Assembly (NCBI GenBank): GCA_964567575.1
Contig: CAZMMZ010000013.1
Span: 1-12,670 of the forward strand
Origin: Candidatus Undinarchaeota archaeon
Lineage (GTDB): Archaea > Undinarchaeota > Undinarchaeia > Undinarchaeales > UBA543
Length of the DNA stretch: 12,670 nucleotides
Reading direction: 5' to 3'
Shown: positions 1-7,347 of the stretch, in pieces
How positions within the stretch are numbered: position 1 is the stretch's first letter
Layout of the letters: each line of letters starts with the position of its first letter
Made by a program: the position numbers and the translations under genes
The notes under the pieces: model-generated
What the model saw: only the letters and a program-made list of their open reading frames with translations
Told to the model about the DNA's origin: nothing
Database searches by the model: none

Positions 1-4
1 AAAC

Positions 5-412
5 ATGACTAATAAAAAAGCACAAGGAATTTCTATAAACATGATAGTAGTCATCGCCATTGCAGTCTTTGTAGTGTTCTTAGTTCTTGGATTTGCAAGC
101 GGTGGATGGAACTATTTCGCAGGAGCATTCGGCTCTGCCACAAAAGGAACTGGCGGATATGAAGCAGCTAAAATAAAATGTGACACTTGGTGCACAAGTT
201 ATCAAGGCGGCGGTTGTCCAGATAGTGGATATCTATACAACAGAATGTACAATGAACAAGGAGCAACAGCAGACACTGATGGAAATGGTGCACTAGACGA
301 TTGTTTCAGTTGTTTAGGAGATACGGTATCATGTGATGGAGAAAAGATACCAAATGTTTTAGGTGGAAAATGTGATTGTGCGGCCGGCGTTGACGCTACA
401 GATCCCGTATAA
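5..412 (+). CDS. Type IV pilin-like protein (class III signal peptide), candidate major pilin, with an 8-Cys head and a DxDxNG loop
   Basis: MTNKKA|QGISINMIVVIAIAVFVVFLVLGF: basic leader, KKAQ motif and hydrophobic helix. The head has C59-x3-C63, DTDGNGALDD (aa 90-99) and a C-terminal CDC. Confidence 0.8.
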   Translation: MTNKKAQGISINMIVVIAIAVFVVFLVLGFASGGWNYFAGAFGSATKGTGGYEAAKIKCDTWCTSYQGGGCPDSGYLYNRMYNEQGATADTDGNGALDDCFSCLGDTVSCDGEKIPNVLGGKCDCAAGVDATDPV

Positions 413-429
413 AACATTCATAAAATAAA

Positions 430-801
430 ATGCTAAACATCAAAGGAATTTCGCTTAGTATAACTGCAATTGTAATTATAGCAGTTGCAGTAGTTGTCTT
501 AGTTACTGTGCTCGGATTCTTTTTAGGAGGATTCCAAAGTAGTGGAAGCACGTTGAGAGATGTTAGTTCTGCAGCTGATGTAAGTGCAAAAACAGATGTT
601 ACTTCTGGAATGGGAAATATAGGAGATCTTTGGAAAGGTGGAGCAGGCGACGATTGTATTGCTGCTGAAGATTGTAGGAGTAATATGGCTTGCACTGGAT
701 CACCACGAGTATGCAAAGGACTGCCTGGATATAAATGCAAGATTCCTGCTGATTGTAGTAGTGATGAATGTGGTTCTGATTATGCAAACAAATGTGATTA
801 A
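430..801 (+). CDS. Type IV pilin-like protein with two small 4-Cys knot repeats at the C-terminus
   Basis: MLNIKG|ISLSITAIVIIAVAVVVLVTVLGFF. The tail contains CIAAEDCRSNMACTGSPRVC and CKIPADCSSDECGSDYANKC. Paralog of 802..1077. Confidence 0.8.
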   Translation: MLNIKGISLSITAIVIIAVAVVVLVTVLGFFLGGFQSSGSTLRDVSSAADVSAKTDVTSGMGNIGDLWKGGAGDDCIAAEDCRSNMACTGSPRVCKGLPGYKCKIPADCSSDECGSDYANKCD

Positions 802-1077
802 ATGAAATCTAAAAAAGGAATGGAGATGAGTATAAGCACAATTGTTGTGCTTGTCATTGCAGTTGTTGTTCTTGTTGCAGTTGTTAGTTATTTCTTAAGT
901 GGTTTTGCTGAAACAGGAAGCACTGTAAGAGATGTTTCAAAAAGCGCTGATGTCGATTCTGGTTGGGAAGATAAAATGAGTGATGCACTTGATGTATTTT
1001 CAGACAAGTGTGTAGAGAATGGAGATTGTGATACTGGAGAAGAGTGTAAAGAAGAACGGTGTGAGGAAATAGAGTAA
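802..1077 (+). CDS. Type IV pilin-like protein with one small 4-Cys knot
   Basis: MKSKKG|MEMSISTIVVLVIAVVVLVAVVSYF. The tail is CVENGDCDTGEECKEERC. The ATG directly abuts the previous TAA (TAAATG). Confidence 0.82.
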   Translation: MKSKKGMEMSISTIVVLVIAVVVLVAVVSYFLSGFAETGSTVRDVSKSADVDSGWEDKMSDALDVFSDKCVENGDCDTGEECKEERCEEIE

Positions 1078-1085
1078 TTTTTATT
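1078..1085 (+). terminator. Possible archaeal oligo-T terminator after the three small pilins
   Basis: TTTTTATT immediately follows the stop codon at 1075-1077. It is a short T-tract only. Confidence 0.3.
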
Positions 1086-1090
1086 GAACA

Positions 1091-1107
1091 AAAGAACGTT
1101 TATATAT
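1091..1107 (+). promoter_or_regulatory. Archaeal BRE + TATA box for the giant gene (probably a leaderless transcript)
   Basis: A purine-rich AAAGAAC precedes TTTATATA (1099-1106), which ends about 25 nt upstream of ATG 1132. There is no Shine-Dalgarno motif before that ATG. Confidence 0.6.
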
Positions 1108-1131
1108 TGTATTAATAATATACCTAATAGC

Positions 1132-4100
1132 ATGAGAAACAAAAAAGCTCAAGGCGGAGTTGCAATGCGACCTATTATTATAGGAATTATGTTGGTTATT
1201 GTTTTATTAATCGTTGGTGGATATTTTTTAACTCAATTTAGTGCATCAGCAGAGAAAACTGAAAAAGCGCAAGAAGCAACTGTAGATGAAGAAACAACAC
1301 AAGAATTTATTGGAAAAATAGAAACATCAACTAAGAAACTTGAACCAATTCTTCATGGGTGGTGTTGTAATGAGGTTGGGTGGGAAGCACTCGAAAGCGC
1401 TTCTTTTGATGCAACACATCACGCAGCTGAAGAAGGAATTCAGGAAAACTGTATTACAGATCAAAGTAAAAGAACTTGTGAGCAGAGATGTGTTGAAGCT
1501 GGTTTTGGAACAGGAACAGAAATCGGTGCAAATGGAATAGCAGGAACTTGTAATAAAAATAATTATTGCCAGTGTTCTGGATGGACATCTGCAACAACTG
1601 GATTTAGCCAAGCATTTATGGTTGACAAATGGTGCTGTGAAGAATACAATGAATTTGGAACATGGATACCATATTATCTTAGAGATAAAGAAGCTACAAA
1701 ACACCAAGCAGTTGATGAAGGAAAGTACCAAGACAAATGCGCTTGCACAGGATATTCTTGTATGACAAAATGCAGAACAGAAGGATTTTTAGGTGGGATT
1801 GAAGTTGTAAAAAAACCAAGAGAACTTGTTTCAACATATTATTGTTCAGAAGAAGCAGAATGGACAGAAGATGAAGATTTGTCAGTTGTTGGAACACGTT
1901 GTTTAGAGGAAGGTGCTCTTAAATGCGAACAGAAATGTGAAGAAATAGGACTTGCAGGAGAATTCATAACAGATGCAGAAGGAACTAATGATAATCCTAT
2001 AAGATGTGAATGTACTAAAGAAACGAATGAGAATGTTGGAGATGGTCAGGAAGGAATTTGTGGAGAAGAAAGATTCTGCCAGTGTATTGGAGAACCAGAA
2101 CAATTCTGCTGTGACCCACCTGAAGAGGAAGATCTTCCAAAGATTATTGGTTGGAGATGCAAACCAGATCCAGAAGGAAATGAGAGATATCTTTTTGAAA
2201 GAATAAGTGGAACAGGAACAAAAGGATCCTTTAATGCTTTCAACAAAGTACTTATTGGAAATTGTTATCTTCCTGGACCAGTGTTAGAAGTTGTTGATGG
2301 AGAAAACAAATGCCAAGATGAAGAGGATGTTGGAAACAAAGTACAATGCATATCTACAGCACCAATTGATAACTGGCAATTATTCAGTCTTGATGATGCA
2401 ACGCTCCAACACCATGGTGTGGCAAAATACATAGACAAAACATGTACTGGAATCGAAGGTGCGCCAGCATTAACTTGTAAAGAAAAATGCAAAGCTGAAG
2501 GATATGATATTGGAACAGAGGAGGGTGCGGATAAAAAAGGAGAACCAGGACAATGCACACCAGCAAAAGTATGTAAATGTGAATTTAGAGATACACAACT
2601 TTTTGAGAATTATTGCGAAGTTGAAGATGAGGAGGATATGCTTGGAAAAACAGAATTTACTTGTTGTCTAACAGGTCCGCCAGAAGATGAAGATACAATA
2701 AGTGTTTGGCAATTTGGAAACTGGAAATCATTCCAAACTTGTGAATATCAACAAAGTTATGAATGTCTACAAGAAACGTGTGAAATCGCGTGTATAGACA
2801 AGTATGGAGCTGGAACAGGTGCCACAAAAGTTGGGGCAAAATGCAGTTGCGCAGTTAGGGAAGAAGTAGTATACACAGCAACACTTTATTGCAGTGCTGA
2901 ATTAAAATATGGAGAAAGTAAACAAGATTTCTTAGCTGCACCAGATGGAGATAAACTAGAAGTACTTGACAAAAAGAAAGCAGGAAACGAGGAATTTGAT
3001 TGGCAGAATTGGAAAAGCAAAGGAGGATCAAATATTAATGATGCTTGTTGGGATATAAGTTGTAAAGATGCTTGTGCTGAGGCTGAGATTGACATTGGAG
3101 CAGGGAACTTTTACAAAGACTTTGCAGAAGGGAAAGTTGGATTAGACAAAGAGAGTTGCGTATGCACGCGTCCTGTAATAGGTAACAAGGAAAGATATCT
3201 CTGCTGCAATTCTGGACCAGAAACACAAGGATCATGGTATTTGTCTTGTGAGGATGGATCAACAGGTGGAGCCTGTTGTAGTCAGAACGCAGTTTACGGA
3301 AGTTCTGACACACGCTTTGATGACTCAGTAAGAAGTTGTAGCAATGACGAATGCCTTTATGAAATTTGTGGGGATGGATATAGCGGATACACCGACGCTG
3401 GCTATTGTATTTGTAAAGAAGGAGAGTTGAAACAATGGTGGGAAGAATTTAACAACAAAGCTAATCTCACAATGGAATGTACTACTGAGTATGCTGAAGA
3501 AGATATGCTAGATGAGAGTGCGTGGGTTGTTGTAGGAGATAAGACTGAAAATCCAAACACTGCTGATGAAGATTTCTGTGCCAGATCAGATCAGGTAATA
3601 TATGATAAAAAATGTAACCTTGATGCGGATTGTTTTGGGAGATGGAGTTGTAATAGGAATGGAAAATGTGAGCGAAGATGCAGAAATGCAAATGAGTGTA
3701 CTGTAGAACCTTCTCTATTCCCATCAATTGATGAAGGAACTGCTTGTGAAGGTGGAAAGTGTGTAGTTAAGCAGAATTGTAACCAACATTGTAAAGATAA
3801 TGGGTGGGGTAGTGGAGAAATGATAGGATCTGGATTCACTGGACCTAATAAGAGACGCTGTGAGTGTAAGACACAGTTGCGCACATCCACATCTTACTGT
3901 TGTGAGGATGATGGAAGATGGAGTGGAGTAGATTGCAACTTCAAAGCGTATAACAAAGACCTTTCAGAGTACAACACACAATGCACTAATAACAAGTGCG
4001 AAGAATTCTGCACAGGGTTTGGAAGAGACCCTGGGAAAAATGAGTGGGATACTGGCTTTAGTGAGATTTCAGGATGCTGGCCAGAAGTTTATGATAATTA

Positions 4101-6804
4101 CAAAGAGTATGAATGCGTTTGTTATAATACAGAAGAATGGACAAATGGGTATGACCCTCCAGAGGACAAAGACTGTGATGGAACTACAGATAGAGTAGAC
4201 ATAGATGATTTGAATTATTGTTTAGAAGATGATGTGGACGGGGATGGAGTGCCTGAACATTTAGGAGGTGTCTGTCCGGTTTCTCAATATCGGGATGGAG
4301 GCGCATTAACACCTTGTAAAAAGACACACGAATTAGAAGATGATGAAGAAGAGCCTGCAGAGTATGATACAAATGATGATATTGTTGGAGAGATGTGCTA
4401 CTTCACTATTTTTGGTAATGATGATATTGAAACAGAGTTTACATATGAAAATTATAGAGGAGTCACAAACCTAACACTTGACAGATTCCCAACTGATCCA
4501 GAGGCGAGTCAGGACAGAGATTGGGATGGATGCCCAGATGAATGGAATCCAGGATATGAAAATGCTGGTGATTCTGGACTTGTTCTAGATAAAGATCCAA
4601 TGAGATTTGATAATAGTTGTGGTGGGGTTGAAGATAATGATTGGGATAATGATGGTGTTCCAAATGTAGATGACAAATTCTTTTACAATAGGTATGCAAG
4701 TGAGGATACTGATTTAGATGGGTGCCCAGACAGGTGGAATCCTGGATACGGTATTGGGAGTGATTGCAGAACATATGGGTGTATTGGAAGCAAGGTTTGC
4801 ATGAGGAATTTTGACAATACTGCTTATGTGTGCGCAAATGCAAAAGAGTATTACTGTAAAAGGAGCGCAACGTTCGCACATAAATGGACAACAAATAAGG
4901 ATGAGTCTGGTCAGTACAAGTATTCTGCTACACCAAGAGAGTGTAATGAGGCAGATGCTGGTGGAAATAATATTATTGGATGTCCGAATGGGTTAGCTGG
5001 TTGTGATTGTTCTGAGCTATGTGGTAATGATGATAATTGGAAGTTTGACAATAATGCATGCACGTGCTGGAGCAATGAACAGGCAATAACAGAACCTAAC
5101 ACTAAGCTAAAGCTCGACACAAGATCTAATGATGATAGCTTAGGTTGTAAAGAGTTTGCAGATCCGATAAATCAACAATGTAGTGGAGAATGGGATTATG
5201 TATTCTGCCAAGTTGGTGTAATAGAGCCGGAAATCACAGCCCTGTGTTGTGGTGACAATCCTGGATGGTGGGACACAGAAGCAAATTGGGAAAATGGAGA
5301 TACTTGCTCTGGAAACAAGGAAGAAAAATGGTGGAGAGGTTGTGGGAATCCAGCTTGTCCACAAGGTTCCTCACAAGTGCTGGGAGGTATTACATACAAC
5401 AGGTGTTTGAAGCCAGAAACTCCTATATATGAATGGGTTGAGAATGGAGCGTGTGAAGGTGGTGATCTTCAGAAATACGCACTAAGCGCGTCTGATGAAG
5501 AAGTTGGAGGATGTCAGGCATTGTGCGATGATACGTATGGAGAGAATATTCGCATTGCGAAAAAAGTGTTAGTAAATAGAGGGATGTATACAATAGTAAC
5601 TTGCGATTGTGAAAGACTGCCAGTGGGAGGAGTGCCTGAGCAGACACTATGGCTTTGCAATAGAACTCCACAAGATGATTACTGGCATTGGGAACGTATA
5701 GGATGGGATGGTGCGCAAGAGGGTAATATAGGAGCGAACATTTATGCTTCTGGAACCGGAGCTTGTAATGTTGACACTAACTTGTTACAGAGAGGTGATT
5801 TAGGATGTGAAGGAGACGTGTTATGTCCAGATGGATGGACATATACGTGCACAGGTGGAAGAAACCTTGTGAGTTGCTGTCCAACAGATCACACAAACAT
5901 TTGCGGGTGTATTCCACCAGCAGGACAGATACTACAAGATGATTTTGAAACCAGCAAGGAGGATTGGAGTGTTGCATATTCTCCTATGATTATGAGTGGA
6001 GGAAGAGATCCGCAGCCTATTCCAGAATGCAACAAGAACGACTTTGAATGGGATGAGATTGAACTTAAGTCAGGAGCTCACTCGTATTATTTGAAAGCTG
6101 GGAAAAATATTAATATTTTTGCTGGAGGCATTGTTGGGGCTAGAGACTGCAAGACATTCATTACCAAAACTTTTGAAGTAGATACTCCTGCTGGAAAAAC
6201 ACTCTCATGGTGGTACAAATCAGAACAAGGAACTAATGGTAAGAGGTTCTTTAATGTTTATGTAAATGGTAATAGTGTGTGGTCTGCACAAGTTGATCAG
6301 GTAGATGAATGGCAACAGGAGTCAATTGTCTTAGGTGGTGGCGTCACTTCCCCAGTAACTGTCAAACTCGAAGTGTTTTATGACGGAGCATGGAGTGCTT
6401 CTACAAGTGGTTGGTTTGACAAACTAGAAATAACGGAGGGAGGACAAGAAGAATTCGAGCTTCCAGAAATTGATTGCAGACAGAGCGCGTGCGGAAAGGG
6501 AATGGATTGTATTGAGGAGAATAATGCTTGGGTTTGTGCTGAGAACTATGAAATATACTTCTGCGGGGGCGGGGCTGGTTCTAGAAGATGGGATACAGAT
6601 GCTGATTGTCAGGCGCGGGATGGACAGGACTGTGAGGCTGTGTATTTCGGAGCATGTAATGCACCAAATTGTGATACCTATTGTACAAATACAGCAGGAT
6701 TCGTTAGAGGAGTGACATCAGGAACTCGTACAGGCAGAACTGGAGATAGGTACCAATGTAAATGTACTGACGACCAAGTATTCCGCGGAGGAAATTTAGG
6801 ATAG
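1132..6804 (+). CDS. Giant (1890 aa) Cys-rich modular pilin / putative pilus-borne adhesin
   Basis: MRNKKA|QGGVAMRPIIIGIMLVIVLLIVGGYF is a class III signal with the only hydrophobic helix in the protein. It has about 140 Cys by manual count, 12 C-x3(4)-C...C-x-C modules, TSP3-like repeats and a jelly-roll domain. Start moved from TTG 1084 to ATG 1132 because the prepilin leader begins there and the TATA box lies inside the extension. Confidence 0.85.
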   Translation: MRNKKAQGGVAMRPIIIGIMLVIVLLIVGGYFLTQFSASAEKTEKAQEATVDEETTQEFIGKIETSTKKLEPILHGWCCNEVGWEALESASFDATHHAAEEGIQENCITDQSKRTCEQRCVEAGFGTGTEIGANGIAGTCNKNNYCQCSGWTSATTGFSQAFMVDKWCCEEYNEFGTWIPYYLRDKEATKHQAVDEGKYQDKCACTGYSCMTKCRTEGFLGGIEVVKKPRELVSTYYCSEEAEWTEDEDLSVVGTRCLEEGALKCEQKCEEIGLAGEFITDAEGTNDNPIRCECTKETNENVGDGQEGICGEERFCQCIGEPEQFCCDPPEEEDLPKIIGWRCKPDPEGNERYLFERISGTGTKGSFNAFNKVLIGNCYLPGPVLEVVDGENKCQDEEDVGNKVQCISTAPIDNWQLFSLDDATLQHHGVAKYIDKTCTGIEGAPALTCKEKCKAEGYDIGTEEGADKKGEPGQCTPAKVCKCEFRDTQLFENYCEVEDEEDMLGKTEFTCCLTGPPEDEDTISVWQFGNWKSFQTCEYQQSYECLQETCEIACIDKYGAGTGATKVGAKCSCAVREEVVYTATLYCSAELKYGESKQDFLAAPDGDKLEVLDKKKAGNEEFDWQNWKSKGGSNINDACWDISCKDACAEAEIDIGAGNFYKDFAEGKVGLDKESCVCTRPVIGNKERYLCCNSGPETQGSWYLSCEDGSTGGACCSQNAVYGSSDTRFDDSVRSCSNDECLYEICGDGYSGYTDAGYCICKEGELKQWWEEFNNKANLTMECTTEYAEEDMLDESAWVVVGDKTENPNTADEDFCARSDQVIYDKKCNLDADCFGRWSCNRNGKCERRCRNANECTVEPSLFPSIDEGTACEGGKCVVKQNCNQHCKDNGWGSGEMIGSGFTGPNKRRCECKTQLRTSTSYCCEDDGRWSGVDCNFKAYNKDLSEYNTQCTNNKCEEFCTGFGRDPGKNEWDTGFSEISGCWPEVYDNYKEYECVCYNTEEWTNGYDPPEDKDCDGTTDRVDIDDLNYCLEDDVDGDGVPEHLGGVCPVSQYRDGGALTPCKKTHELEDDEEEPAEYDTNDDIVGEMCYFTIFGNDDIETEFTYENYRGVTNLTLDRFPTDPEASQDRDWDGCPDEWNPGYENAGDSGLVLDKDPMRFDNSCGGVEDNDWDNDGVPNVDDKFFYNRYASEDTDLDGCPDRWNPGYGIGSDCRTYGCIGSKVCMRNFDNTAYVCANAKEYYCKRSATFAHKWTTNKDESGQYKYSATPRECNEADAGGNNIIGCPNGLAGCDCSELCGNDDNWKFDNNACTCWSNEQAITEPNTKLKLDTRSNDDSLGCKEFADPINQQCSGEWDYVFCQVGVIEPEITALCCGDNPGWWDTEANWENGDTCSGNKEEKWWRGCGNPACPQGSSQVLGGITYNRCLKPETPIYEWVENGACEGGDLQKYALSASDEEVGGCQALCDDTYGENIRIAKKVLVNRGMYTIVTCDCERLPVGGVPEQTLWLCNRTPQDDYWHWERIGWDGAQEGNIGANIYASGTGACNVDTNLLQRGDLGCEGDVLCPDGWTYTCTGGRNLVSCCPTDHTNICGCIPPAGQILQDDFETSKEDWSVAYSPMIMSGGRDPQPIPECNKNDFEWDEIELKSGAHSYYLKAGKNINIFAGGIVGARDCKTFITKTFEVDTPAGKTLSWWYKSEQGTNGKRFFNVYVNGNSVWSAQVDQVDEWQQESIVLGGGVTSPVTVKLEVFYDGAWSASTSGWFDKLEITEGGQEEFELPEIDCRQSACGKGMDCIEENNAWVCAENYEIYFCGGGAGSRRWDTDADCQARDGQDCEAVYFGACNAPNCDTYCTNTAGFVRGVTSGTRTGRTGDRYQCKCTDDQVFRGGNLG
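4165..4749 (+). repeat. Thrombospondin type 3-like Ca-binding (DxDxDG) repeats
   Basis: DKDCDGTTD, DVDGDGVPE, DRFPTDPEASQDRDWDGCPDEWNPGY, DWDNDGVPNVDD and ASEDTDLDGCPDRWNPGY. Confidence 0.75.
5932..6438 (+). other. Jelly-roll beta-sandwich domain (MAM/CBM/cleaved-adhesin-like) in the giant pilin
   Basis: DDFE..W, SGAHSYYLKAG, ITKTF, LSWWYK, FNVYVNG..VW, WQQ..I.L and GWFDKLEI form the motif series typical of galactose-binding-like or MAM-like folds. Confidence 0.6.
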
Positions 6805-6820
6805 AAAATGATAATATACT

Positions 6821-6827
6821 AGGAGGA
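6821..6827 (+). promoter_or_regulatory. Shine-Dalgarno-like site for 6840..7079
   Basis: AGGAGGA lies 12 nt upstream of ATG 6840, a somewhat long spacing. Confidence 0.5.
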
Positions 6828-6839
6828 TAAATTAAGAAT

Positions 6840-7079
6840 ATGAAAAATCAAAAAGGAATGGAAATGGCTCTCGGAACAGTCGTAACTGTAGTGATTCTTT
6901 TAATTGTATTGATTGTTATTGGCTCCTACTTCCTCGGCGGAGTTACAAAAAGCGGAGAGAAAGTTGAGCAAATTAGTGATGAACTTGTTGAAGGAGATGA
7001 AGAGGGAAAAGGTGGAGTTAGTGATATTGTTGGTGGACTACGAGGACTAGTAAGCGGATTTAAACGAGACAAAAGTTAA
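6840..7079 (+). CDS. Small type IV pilin-like protein (about 73 aa mature, no Cys)
   Basis: MKNQKG|MEMALGTVVTVVILLIVLIVIGSYFLGG, with an upstream AGGAGG. Confidence 0.82.
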   Translation: MKNQKGMEMALGTVVTVVILLIVLIVIGSYFLGGVTKSGEKVEQISDELVEGDEEGKGGVSDIVGGLRGLVSGFKRDKS

Positions 7080-7098
7080 GTAAGCATAGAAGAATAGA

Positions 7099-7107
7099 TT
7101 TTTAAAG
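7099..7107 (+). promoter_or_regulatory. Possible TATA-like element for the downstream minor-pilin operon
   Basis: TTTTTAAAG follows a purine-rich AGAAGAATAG and lies about 22-30 nt upstream of ATG 7129. It could instead be a T-tract terminator of the previous gene. Confidence 0.3.
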
Positions 7108-7119
7108 CTATGAAACGTT

Positions 7120-7347
7120 ATGAATATCATGAGCCTTGAAAGTATAAAACAAACTATTAACAACATTCGTGGTGCTGAGATGGCACTCTCAACAGTTATC
7201 ACGATTGTATTATTGCTTATTGTTCTTATTGTTGCTGCTAGTTTCTTCATAGGCGGATCAGAAGGTGTACTTAATCCAATCATGGGTGTTGGAGATGCAG
7301 CAGCAGGTCAAGCAGGCGAGGCACAGAATTTAAATTGGCTTCAATGA
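7120..7347 (+). CDS. Very small type IV pilin-like protein (about 57 aa mature); alternative start at 7129
   Basis: ...INNIRG|AEMALSTVITIVLLLIVLIVAASFFIGG. It matches 6840..7079 at 19 of the first 28 mature residues. Confidence 0.78.
   Translation: MNIMSLESIKQTINNIRGAEMALSTVITIVLLLIVLIVAASFFIGGSEGVLNPIMGVGDAAAGQAGEAQNLNWLQ

Larger units (their letters stand above)
1360..6765 (+). repeat. Dispersed protein-level repeat: 12 defensin-like (CSab-type) Cys modules in the giant gene
   Basis: Numbering from the 1084 ORF, C-x3-C pairs start at aa 132, 226, 281, 465, 566, 660, 757 (x4 variant), 899, 972, 1309, 1477 and 1863. Each is matched by a downstream C-x-C, and most are preceded by [WFY]-C-(C)...W. 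Confidence 0.75.

Noticed and set aside
1110-1117. TATTAATA palindrome between the TATA box and the start of the giant gene
   Set aside because: An 8-bp AT-only palindrome is expected by chance in AT-rich intergenic DNA, so it is insufficient evidence for an operator.
1084-1131. 16-codon N-terminal extension of the giant ORF from TTG 1084
   Set aside because: It overlaps the TATA box, has no SD, and would give an atypical leader. ATG 1132 yields a canonical MRNKKAQ leader.
1264-1272. Second KAQ motif within the giant protein (EKTEKAQEA)
   Set aside because: It is not followed by a hydrophobic helix and is probably coincidental.
3100-6800. Apparently higher GC in the distal giant gene than in the last genes of the window
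   Set aside because: This is based on a few spot-checked lines and is largely explainable by Gly/Cys/Trp/Ala-rich composition. It would need a GC3/codon analysis to support a mosaic origin.
1132-6804. Eukaryotic origin or contamination suggested by the EGF/defensin-like Cys patterns
   Set aside because: The ORFs are intron-free with overlapping genes, SD motifs, archaeal TATA boxes, class III signal peptides and an adjacent archaeal-type alba.
6840-7347. Conductive e-pilin analogy for the very short pilins
   Set aside because: There are only about 3 aromatic residues per mature protein, too few to support the idea.
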